Position numbers and translations under genes: made by a program | Assembly (NCBI GenBank): GCA_050953835.1 | Contig: JBMNNH010000007.1 | Coordinates: 14,607-78,606 of the forward strand | Reading direction: 5' to 3' | Source: Acetivibrionales bacterium | Lineage (GTDB): Bacteria; Bacillota; Clostridia; Acetivibrionales; JBMNNH01 | DNA length: 64,000 bases | Notes under the pieces: generated by a model | The model's database searches: none | Told to the model about the DNA's origin: nothing | What the model saw: the letters and a program-made list of their open reading frames with translations, nothing else | Shown here: one piece after another, positions 37,743-45,670 of the stretch | Layout: every line of letters begins with the position of its first letter | Position numbering within the stretch: the stretch's first letter is position 1

Positions 37743-37973
37743 AAGCATGGGGGGCAAGGGATTATGTGTCCTGGCTAACGGAAAACTTCACCGGGTGTTT
37801 GTAATACTTTAGTCTGCAAAGAAATCCTACCCGGCTTGAGACGCCATCCGTGGCGTCCAAGACCGGCTTCTGCCGTCCGTGGCAGAAATTACGGATTTCT
37901 TCTTGCCTAAAGCATAACAAACACAACGGCTTGTTTTAATGTTATCCGGACAATAATTCCCTGCCCCATGCTT
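37743..37973. ncRNA. Candidate structured element, copy A (long imperfect stem + three-way junction); strand unresolved, in the opposite orientation to copy B
   Basis: Ends AAGCATGGGG.../...CCCCATGCTT pair. The junction core 37821-37899 holds hairpins CCGG-CTTG-GACGCC/GGCGTC-CAAG-CCGG and TCTGCC/GGCAGA. GC-rich block in AT-rich intergenic DNA. Confidence 0.55.
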
Positions 37974-38017
37974 TTAATGTATACTTCTGTACTTATATAC
38001 TGCTGTAGTACGTAAGT

Positions 38018-38236
38018 GAGTCCTGTTTCCTGTATGGTAATAAAACATTAAGGTAAGCCTTAGAGATGCTTAAGGACTTGTTCAAGAAAAATGCGTAATT
38101 CGCGTCATGGACGACGCGAGCCGGACATGGGCTACATGGACGTAGCCTCATGCCGGGTAGCATTTTTCGCCGAATAAGGCCTTTAGAATCTCTTGGCGAG
38201 ACATTACGTTATATGGACATACAAGGAACAGGACTC
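38018..38236. ncRNA. Candidate structured element, copy B (paralog of copy A, inverted)
   Basis: Ends GAGTCCTGTTTCCTGTATG/CATACAAGGAACAGGACTC pair. The junction core 38086-38168 holds hairpins CGCGTC-ATGGAC-GACGCG and CCGG-CATG-GGCTAC-ATGGAC-GTAGCC-CATG-CCGG. Confidence 0.55.
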
Positions 38237-38339
38237 CCTAAACACTTTGCACACCAAATTTGAAATAACTACCACTGCGCAGTTTAAGCACAAAATTCAG
38301 TTATAAAGGGCCGCCCTTCTGTGACGGACCGATTGAATA

Positions 38340-38960
38340 TTATCGTGCAGCTTTTATAAACATCTGCGTCCAGTAATACACTCCTCTGCTGTTTTGAGCT
38401 ACACCCACACCTATTTGGTTATAAGTTTGACTTAGTATATTGTTCCTGTGTCCGGTGGAGTTCATCCACATGGTCATTACTTCCTTGGGTGTACGGGCTC
38501 CATATGCAATGTTTTCACCGGCTGCAGTATACCTTATGCCGAAGTCTTCCATCATTTTAAACGGAGAACCATATGTGGGAGAAGTATGCGAAAAGTACCC
38601 CTTCTTAGCCATATCTGCCGACTTATACCTTGCAACTCTTGAAAGCTCCCAATTTTGCGTGAGTGGCTGGAGGCCTCTTTTAACCCTTTCTGCATTTACT
38701 ATTTCAATCACCTGGTTTTCCAGTGCTTTAACGTTGTCTATGGTTGGTATGTTTAACTTTTGTCCAGGATAGATTAAATTGGGGTTCTTAACCTGTGGAT
38801 TTGCAGATATTATTTCGCTTACACCTATTTGGTGCTTTACAGCAATTTTCCACATACTGTCTCCCTGTTTAACAATATATGTTGTAGTTTGTGCACATAC
38901 CTGTAAAGGGAAGAGCAGCACAGCAGCAATAGCAATTATTAAAATAATTTTTCTCTTCAT
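38340..38960 (-). CDS. Secreted LysM + CAP/SCP (YkwD-like) domain protein
   Basis: Signal peptide. LysM (YIVKQGDSMWKIAVKHQIGVSEIISANP...IYPGQKLNIP). CAP domain (VNAERVKRGLQPL...GENIAYG...WMNSTGHRNNIL). Confidence 0.8.
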   Translation of the reverse strand: MKRKIILIIAIAAVLLFPLQVCAQTTTYIVKQGDSMWKIAVKHQIGVSEIISANPQVKNPNLIYPGQKLNIPTIDNVKALENQVIEIVNAERVKRGLQPLTQNWELSRVARYKSADMAKKGYFSHTSPTYGSPFKMMEDFGIRYTAAGENIAYGARTPKEVMTMWMNSTGHRNNILSQTYNQIGVGVAQNSRGVYYWTQMFIKAAR

Positions 38961-39081
38961 AAATTCACCACCTCGTTATATATTTTGCTTTCGAAGGTAT
39001 TTAATATGTGAGGTTGTTTGTGTCATTAATAGTAATAATTAACAGATGAGCTAATTCTAAAAGGAATATTCCTTCTTGACA

Positions 39082-39095
39082 CGAACATAAGTTTG
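39082..39095 (+). promoter_or_regulatory. LexA (Cheo-box)-like site between the -35 and -10 of the parE-like promoter
   Basis: CGAACATAAGTTTG compared with the Gram-positive consensus CGAAC-N4-GTTCG. TTGACA at 39076-39081 abuts it. Confidence 0.5.
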
Positions 39096-39139
39096 CGAAA
39101 TAATGTAATAAGAAGGAAGAAAAGGATAGGAGAATACAA

Positions 39140-41119
39140 ATGAAGAAACAAAAAGCCGGTAATGTATATGGAAATGACAGTATATCCTCTCTGAAGGGTG
39201 CTGATCGGGTAAGGTTACGCCCGGGAGTAATTTTCGGATCTGACGGGCTGGAAGGATGCCAGCATTCAATTTTTGAAATCCTTTCAAACTCTATAGATGA
39301 GGCAAGAGAAGGATACGGGGACCTTATTGAAATTACCAGGAACAAGGACAATTCTGTTGTTATAAAGGACTATGGAAGGGGAATTCCGCTGGATTTCAAT
39401 TCCAAGGAAGGCAGATACAACTGGGAGCTTGTGTTTTGTGAACTGTATGCAGGGGGAAAATATAAAAACAACAGCGGTGAAAGTTATGAGTACAGCCTTG
39501 GTTTGAACGGGCTTGGAAGCTGTGCAACCCAGTATAGTTCAGAGTATATGGATGTTGTTGTATACAGGGACGGGTTCAAATATGAATTGCATTTCGAAAA
39601 AGGGGAAAATATAGGTGGGCTTAAAAAAGAAAAGTGCAATTATGAACACACAGGTACCATAATTAAATGGAAACCTGATCTTGAAGTTTTTACAGATATA
39701 AATGTACCTCTTGACTACTATCAGACGGTTCTTAAGAAACAGGCAGTAGTAAATTCAGGGGTTAGGTTCAGGTTATATGACGAAGAGTCCGGGGAAACAT
39801 ATGAATACTGGTATGAGAAGGGCATAGTGGACTACATCAAAGAAATTAATAAGGATAAAGGTTTTACCGGAATACAGTTTTTTGAAACCTCTACAAAGGG
39901 CAGGGATAGGGAGGACAAGCCTGAATATAAGGTTAGAATTCAAGTCGCTTTTTGCTTTAATAACGAAATCAATCTTCTGGAATATTATCACAATTCCAGC
40001 TTCCTTGAGTATGGGGGAGCTCCCGACAGGGCTGTAAAAAACGCATTTGTATATGTTGTTGATAAGTTTTTGAAATCCGCAAACAAGTACAATAAGGATG
40101 AATCAAAGATAACTTTCAATGACATACAGGATAGCCTTATACTGGTGACAAACTCTTTTTCTACAGTTACCAGTTACGAGAACCAGACCAAAAAATCCAT
40201 CACCAACAGATTTATCCAAGAAGCTATGACTGATTTTCTCAAGCAGCAGCTGGAGATTTACTTTATTGAAAACAAGGCGGAAAGTGATAAAATAATTGAA
40301 CAGGTTCTGGTTAATAAAAGAAGCAGGGAGTCTGCTGAAAGGACCCGGATAAATGTAAGGAAAAAGCTTGGTGGCACAATTGATATATCAAACCGTGTAA
40401 AGAAATTTGTAGACTGCCGCACCAGGGATGTCAGCAAACGGGAGCTGTATATTGTTGAGGGAGATTCTGCCCTTGGAGCATGCAAGCTTGGAAGAGATGC
40501 AGAGTTCCAGGCGATTATCCCGGTAAGGGGTAAAATATTAAACTGCCTGAAGGCAAGGTATGACAGTATATTTAAAAATGAAATTATTGTAGACCTCCTT
40601 AAAGTAATTGGCTGCGGTGTAGAAATAAAGTCAAAGCATATAAAGGATTTGAATACCTTTGATATTGACAATCTAAAATGGAGCAAGATTATAATATGTA
40701 CAGACGCTGATGTGGACGGCTTCCAGATAAGGACTTTGATTCTAGCAATGTTTTACCGGCTGGTTCCCAGCTTAATACAGATGGGTAAGATTTTTATTGC
40801 GGAATCACCGTTATTTGAGATAAATTATAAGAATAGGACCTACTTCGCTTATTCAGAAAAGGAAAAAAGTGAAATCATTTCGGGATTTAATGGGAAGTAT
40901 ACAATCCAGCGGTCAAAGGGATTGGGAGAAAATGAGCCTGAAATGATGTGGCAAACTACGATGAACCCAAAGACCAGGAGGCTTATTCAGGTAATACCGG
41001 ATGAAGCGGAGAGAACAGAAATGTTTTTTGACCTGCTTTTAGGAGATAACCTAGCAGACAGGAAAAGCTTTATAGAGGTTAATGGGCATAAGTACCTGGA
41101 TATGATTGACGTAAGTTAA
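39140..41119 (+). CDS. parE: Type IIA DNA topoisomerase subunit B (topoisomerase IV ParE-like / GyrB paralog)
   Basis: GHKL motif FEILSNSIDEA, Toprim LYIVEGDSA and CTDADVDG. 659 aa. The ParE versus second-gyrase assignment is inferred from subunit sizes only. Confidence 0.65.
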   Translation: MKKQKAGNVYGNDSISSLKGADRVRLRPGVIFGSDGLEGCQHSIFEILSNSIDEAREGYGDLIEITRNKDNSVVIKDYGRGIPLDFNSKEGRYNWELVFCELYAGGKYKNNSGESYEYSLGLNGLGSCATQYSSEYMDVVVYRDGFKYELHFEKGENIGGLKKEKCNYEHTGTIIKWKPDLEVFTDINVPLDYYQTVLKKQAVVNSGVRFRLYDEESGETYEYWYEKGIVDYIKEINKDKGFTGIQFFETSTKGRDREDKPEYKVRIQVAFCFNNEINLLEYYHNSSFLEYGGAPDRAVKNAFVYVVDKFLKSANKYNKDESKITFNDIQDSLILVTNSFSTVTSYENQTKKSITNRFIQEAMTDFLKQQLEIYFIENKAESDKIIEQVLVNKRSRESAERTRINVRKKLGGTIDISNRVKKFVDCRTRDVSKRELYIVEGDSALGACKLGRDAEFQAIIPVRGKILNCLKARYDSIFKNEIIVDLLKVIGCGVEIKSKHIKDLNTFDIDNLKWSKIIICTDADVDGFQIRTLILAMFYRLVPSLIQMGKIFIAESPLFEINYKNRTYFAYSEKEKSEIISGFNGKYTIQRSKGLGENEPEMMWQTTMNPKTRRLIQVIPDEAERTEMFFDLLLGDNLADRKSFIEVNGHKYLDMIDVS

Positions 41120-41185
41120 AAACATCAGAATTCAACATATAACGCTATAATTGATATACTTCGTAGACTATGGGGGAATAAGTAA

Positions 41186-43375
41186 ATGCAGACAAACAAT
41201 CTTTTGGAACAGAAAATCGTTGATACCCTGGAAAAAAATTACATGCCTTATGCTATGAGCGTAATTATTTCAAGGGCAATTCCTGAGATAGATGGATTTA
41301 AGCCTTCCCACAGGAAGCTGCTTTATACAATGTACAAAATGGGCCTTTTAACCGGTAATAAAACAAAATCAGCAAATGTTGTCGGACAAACTATGAAATT
41401 AAATCCCCATGGAGACATGGCAATTTATGAAACACTTGTGAGATTGACACGTGGAAATGATGCCCTTCTTCATCCTTTTATAGATTCGAAAGGGAACTTT
41501 GGCAAATACTATTCAAGGGACATGAGATTTGCGGCGCCACGGTATACGGAAGTGAAACTTGATAAGATATGTGAAGAAATTTTCAGGGATCTTGATAAAG
41601 ACACTGTGGATTTTACAGATAATTATGATGGGACATTGAAAGAACCTGTCTTGCTGCCTACCACTTTTCCAAACATCCTTGTTAATGCAAACCAGGGGAT
41701 AGCTGTAGGTATGGCAAACAGTATGTGCAGTTTTAATCTCGGGGAAGTCTGTAAGGCAACTATAGAGTATATTAAGAATGAAAATGCGGATTTGGCTGAA
41801 CACCTAAAAGCTCCGGATTTTTCAACAGGTGGCCAGTTGATATATAAAGATGATGAAATAAGGCAGATATATGATACGGGAAGAGGAAGCTTTAAAATAA
41901 GGGCAAAATACAAATATGACAAAAGCAACAATTGTATAGAAATTTATGAGATTCCTTATTCAACTTCCGTAGAGGCTGTTATTGATTCAATAGCCGATCT
42001 TATTAAAAGAGGAAAGCTTAAGGAAATAACTGATGTCAGGGATGAGACTGACCTTAAAGGATTGAAGATAGCTCTTGACATCAGAAAAAGTGCAGATGCA
42101 GATGCAATAATGAATAAGCTCTATAAGCTCACTACTCTAGAGGATAGTTTCAGCTGCAATTTCAATATATTAATTAACGGCTCACCAAAAGTTCTGGGGA
42201 TAAAAGACATACTCAAGGAGTGGATAGCCTTCAGGATTAACTGCATCAAAAGACAGACCAGCTTTGATATTCAAAAGAAATCAGAAAAGCTGCATTTACT
42301 GCTGGGCTTGAGGAGAATACTGCTTGATATTGATAAGGCCGTAAGTATTATTAGGAACACAGAAATGGATTCCCAGGTTGTTCCTAATCTTATGGAAGGC
42401 TTTGAGATTGATCAGGCTCAGGCTGAGTTTATTGCTGAAATCAAACTCAGGAACCTGAACAAAGAATACATCATCAACCGTGTTTCTGAGGTGGAAAGCC
42501 TTCAGCAGGAGATAGAGGAGTTAAAGGATATATATGGCAGTGAGAAAAAAATCAAAAGGATAATAGTGAAACAGCTTGAATATGTTTCAAAGAAATTTGG
42601 CCAACCGCGCCGTACCGACATTGTCCATGAAGAAAACATTGAAGAAATAACTGCTGAGCATCTGATAGAAGATTTTAATTTAAAGCTGTTCCTTACAAAG
42701 CACAATTATTTAAAGAAGATTCCCTTGACTTCCTTAAGAGCAGGAGGGGAACAAAAAGTTAAAGATGATGATTATATTATCCAGGAGGTTGAGACCCATA
42801 ATAAGGCGGATTTATTGCTATTTTCCAATAAGTATACGGTTTATAAGCTCAAAATATATGAGATAAATGAATGTAAAGCAAGCAGCTTAGGGGAATACCT
42901 GACAAATCTTCTGGAAATGGATGATGATGAGGAAATTATATATATTGTAGCTACAGATAATTACGAGGGCAATATGTTTTTTGTGTATGAAAATGGTAAG
43001 GCAGCAAAAATACCAATGGATAGCTACGCTACCAAAACAAACAGAAAGAAGTTGGCAAATGCATATTGCAGCCTTTCAAAACTAGTTTATATTGCATACA
43101 TTGAAAAAGATATGGAGCTTGTAGCATTTAGCAGTATTAATAAGGTCCTGGTTTTTAATACTTCAAGTATTAATCCAAAGTCCAAAAGGGATTCCCAGGG
43201 GGTACAGGTCCTCAAATCCAAAAAAGGCAGCACTTTGGTTGAAGTTAAGAGCATTGATGAAGTCAGTTTTAAAGACCCGGATTATTACAGGACAAAGAAC
43301 ATTCCGGCAGTAGGATGTTACCTGAAAGATGAAGATATGAATGACACCCAGGTCAGGCTTGAGTTGGACCGCTAG
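41186..43375 (+). CDS. parC: Type IIA DNA topoisomerase subunit A (ParC-like)
   Basis: Catalytic Tyr motif FAAPRYTE and N-terminal YMPYAMSVIISRAIPEIDGFKPSHRKLLY. Short (729 aa) with a reduced C-terminal domain. Confidence 0.65.
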   Translation: MQTNNLLEQKIVDTLEKNYMPYAMSVIISRAIPEIDGFKPSHRKLLYTMYKMGLLTGNKTKSANVVGQTMKLNPHGDMAIYETLVRLTRGNDALLHPFIDSKGNFGKYYSRDMRFAAPRYTEVKLDKICEEIFRDLDKDTVDFTDNYDGTLKEPVLLPTTFPNILVNANQGIAVGMANSMCSFNLGEVCKATIEYIKNENADLAEHLKAPDFSTGGQLIYKDDEIRQIYDTGRGSFKIRAKYKYDKSNNCIEIYEIPYSTSVEAVIDSIADLIKRGKLKEITDVRDETDLKGLKIALDIRKSADADAIMNKLYKLTTLEDSFSCNFNILINGSPKVLGIKDILKEWIAFRINCIKRQTSFDIQKKSEKLHLLLGLRRILLDIDKAVSIIRNTEMDSQVVPNLMEGFEIDQAQAEFIAEIKLRNLNKEYIINRVSEVESLQQEIEELKDIYGSEKKIKRIIVKQLEYVSKKFGQPRRTDIVHEENIEEITAEHLIEDFNLKLFLTKHNYLKKIPLTSLRAGGEQKVKDDDYIIQEVETHNKADLLLFSNKYTVYKLKIYEINECKASSLGEYLTNLLEMDDDEEIIYIVATDNYEGNMFFVYENGKAAKIPMDSYATKTNRKKLANAYCSLSKLVYIAYIEKDMELVAFSSINKVLVFNTSSINPKSKRDSQGVQVLKSKKGSTLVEVKSIDEVSFKDPDYYRTKNIPAVGCYLKDEDMNDTQVRLELDR

Positions 43376-43488
43376 TGATCTGTGCTAACACTTTTGAATT
43401 AAAAATAATTAATGTAGAGTTTATGGAAACAATGTATAATGATATATAGTTAATTTTGAATATACCAAATAATACTGGAGGTATCAAA

Positions 43489-44835
43489 GTGCCTGATATA
43501 TCATTCCCGAGAAATTTTATATGGGGAGCTGCTACTTCAGCCTACCAGATTGAAGGTGCTGTGAATGGTGGAGGAAGGGGAGTGTCCATATGGGACACCT
43601 TCAGCCATACACCAGGGAAAGTGTTTAACGGAGATACCGGTGATACTGCCTGTGACCACTATAACAGATATAAGCAGGATGTTTCATTAATGAAGGAGTT
43701 GGGTTTAAAGGGATACAGGTTTTCCATAGCATGGCCGAGGGTATTTCCGGAGGGTAGAGGGAAATGCAACCCCAAAGGCCTGGATTTTTATAAAGCTCTT
43801 GTAGAAGAACTATTAAAAAATAACATTGAACCTGTTGCAACTCTTTACCACTGGGATCTTCCCCAGATATTCCAGGATATGGGAGGATGGTTAAACAGCG
43901 ATACGGTGGAATATTTTGCTGAATATTCATCAGTAGTTTTTAAAGAACTGGGAGATATGGTAGATTTATGGATTACCCAAAACGAACCCATGAGCACTGC
44001 TTTTTTGGGTAATTTCACAGGGGACTATGCTCCTGGCCTTACTGACCCTGCTGTAGCTGTGCAGGTTTCACACAATCTGCTTTTGTCTCATGCCGAAGTT
44101 GTAAGGATATACAGGCAAATGAATCTAAAGGGTCATATAGGAATTGCGTTTAATTTTTATCCTATCCATCCGGCTTCCGAAAGCCCTGAAGATATGAAAA
44201 CGGCAATACGGGTAGATGGTGTACTTAACCGCTGGTTTGCTGACCCCCTCTTCAAGGGAAAATATCCTGAAGATATACTTGAAATTTTCAGTGAAAAGCT
44301 TGGTTCACCAGTTATTAAACCAGGAGATATGGAGCTTATAGCAGGCAACAGCGTTGACTTTCTTGGAATTAACTATTACAGCAGGCTTGTGGTAAAAGGG
44401 TCACAGAATGACCCGCTGCTTGGATATGAGCAGATTAATCCAGAAGGTTCTTCTTACACCGGGATAGGCTGGGAGATTTATCCTCGGGGGTTGTATGAAA
44501 TTCTTTTAAGAGTAAGGCAGGATTATGGGAATATCCCTATGTATATTACTGAAAATGGGGCTGCATTCAGGGATGACAACCTGGTGTCCGGTATAATAGA
44601 TGACACCGATAGGATTGAATATTTACAGGGGCATTTGTTTGAGTTGTGGAAGGCAATCAAAAATGGAATTGATATTAGAGGTTACTACTTGTGGTCCTTA
44701 ATGGATAATTTCGAATGGGAGTATGGTTATAGCCAAAGATTCGGAATCATACATGTGGACTATAAAACCCTTGAGAGGACATGGAAAAAATCTGCACACT
44801 GGTATAGGGATGTTATTTGCGAAAATGGCTTTTAA
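43489..44835 (+). CDS. bglA: GH1 beta-glucosidase
   Basis: FIWGAATSAYQIEGA, TQNEP (acid/base Glu), YITENGAA (nucleophile Glu), WSLMDNFEW. GTG 43489 lies 6 nt after GGAGGT. Confidence 0.9.
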   Translation: MPDISFPRNFIWGAATSAYQIEGAVNGGGRGVSIWDTFSHTPGKVFNGDTGDTACDHYNRYKQDVSLMKELGLKGYRFSIAWPRVFPEGRGKCNPKGLDFYKALVEELLKNNIEPVATLYHWDLPQIFQDMGGWLNSDTVEYFAEYSSVVFKELGDMVDLWITQNEPMSTAFLGNFTGDYAPGLTDPAVAVQVSHNLLLSHAEVVRIYRQMNLKGHIGIAFNFYPIHPASESPEDMKTAIRVDGVLNRWFADPLFKGKYPEDILEIFSEKLGSPVIKPGDMELIAGNSVDFLGINYYSRLVVKGSQNDPLLGYEQINPEGSSYTGIGWEIYPRGLYEILLRVRQDYGNIPMYITENGAAFRDDNLVSGIIDDTDRIEYLQGHLFELWKAIKNGIDIRGYYLWSLMDNFEWEYGYSQRFGIIHVDYKTLERTWKKSAHWYRDVICENGF

Positions 44836-44911
44836 TAATCAAATCAGCCTGTTTGAATACAATTGATTGTATATGTATGGAGAATAGTGTTACTGGTTAG
44901 GGGTGGAATAA

Positions 44912-45625
44912 ATAGACAGAAAAAAGAAAACAGTAGTTATTGTAAATATTGTTTTATTAATAATATTCATAGCAACTATTACATATATTACTGTATATTA
45001 TGCTCCTTCCTTCACCAGGCTGGCAGGAAACCCGGAGGAATTCAGTGTAATGCTTGCTTCTTATGGTTTTTCAGGTGTCCCGGTATTCATATTCTTTCAG
45101 TTTGCACAAGTTATTGTTGCAGCTATTCCTGGAGAAGTAGTGCAGATAGCAGGCGGATACATTTACGGAACTTTTTATGGTACACTGTTCTCAATAGTGG
45201 GCATACTTGCCGGATATATTACAGCCTTTCTCCTGTCGCGGCTCATGGGATACCCAATTGTAAAAGCTTTTGTTGCTGAAAAACATATAAAGAAGTTCCA
45301 GTTTTTAATGAACAGTAGAAAATCTGAGATAGCTTTGTTTGTACTGTTTTTAATTCCCGGCCTGCCAAAGGATGTGCTTGTATATATTGCAGGCCTCACG
45401 CCTGTCAGACCAATACGGTTTCTGACACTGGCAATGTCTGCAAGGCTGCCTGCATTGGTCGGTTCTTCGTTTATTGGTGCAAATCTTCAGAAAAGGAACT
45501 ATGCCATTGCAGCTATTGTTTCAATAATTGCTGTAGTGCTTTTTGTTTTGGGAGTTTTTCTGAGGGATAGAATTACTGACATCATTAAAAGGCTTTTAAT
45601 AAATTCCGAAAAAAATAAAGCCTGA
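44912..45625 (+). CDS. TVP38/TMEM64 (DedA-related) family membrane protein; possible non-canonical ATA start
   Basis: The frame is open from stop TAA 44909-44911. IDRKKKTVVIVNIVLLIIFIATITYITVYYAPSF forms a typical basic N-terminus plus TM1, but there is no ATG/GTG/TTG before ATG 45050. GGGGTGG (44900-44906) lies 5 nt before ATA 44912. Confidence 0.6.
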   Translation: MDRKKKTVVIVNIVLLIIFIATITYITVYYAPSFTRLAGNPEEFSVMLASYGFSGVPVFIFFQFAQVIVAAIPGEVVQIAGGYIYGTFYGTLFSIVGILAGYITAFLLSRLMGYPIVKAFVAEKHIKKFQFLMNSRKSEIALFVLFLIPGLPKDVLVYIAGLTPVRPIRFLTLAMSARLPALVGSSFIGANLQKRNYAIAAIVSIIAVVLFVLGVFLRDRITDIIKRLLINSEKNKA

Positions 45626-45647
45626 AAAAACTTAGGTTTTTCAGGCT
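45619..45647. terminator. Bidirectional terminator between convergent genes
   Basis: AGCCTGAAAAA-cttagg-TTTTTCAGGCT overlapping the TVP38 stop codon. Confidence 0.75.
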
Positions 45648-45670
45648 AAAAATATTTCTTTCAGAACACT

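Noticed and set aside
37746-37811. 21-codon ORF (MGGKGLCVLANGKLHRVFVIL) at the 5' edge of structured element copy A, considered as a type I toxin or leader peptide.
   Set aside because: It has no Shine-Dalgarno sequence and is not hydrophobic enough for a membrane toxin. The equivalent position of copy B has no ORF. RNA structure explains the conservation better.
37743-38236. The two structured elements considered as MITEs, REP-like repeats or IS ends, or as 6S, SRP or tRNA-like RNAs.
   Set aside because: There is no transposase, no evident terminal inverted repeat plus target duplication, and only two diverged copies are visible. Compensated changes in sub-hairpins are not expected for decaying MITEs. 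The three-way-junction tip does not fit 6S or SRP architecture as I recall them. This is not fully excluded and needs Rfam and genome-wide searches.
38290-38335. Hairpin GGGCCGCC...GACGGACC considered as the terminator of the LysM-CAP gene.
   Set aside because: Two mismatches interrupt the 8-bp stem in either orientation and there is no U-tract, so it is not convincing enough to list as a feature.
44863-45279. 138-aa ORF overlapping the TVP38 gene start in another frame.
   Set aside because: Its composition is Cys/Tyr-rich, and the TVP38 frame gives a sensible basic-plus-TM N-terminus over the same nucleotides.
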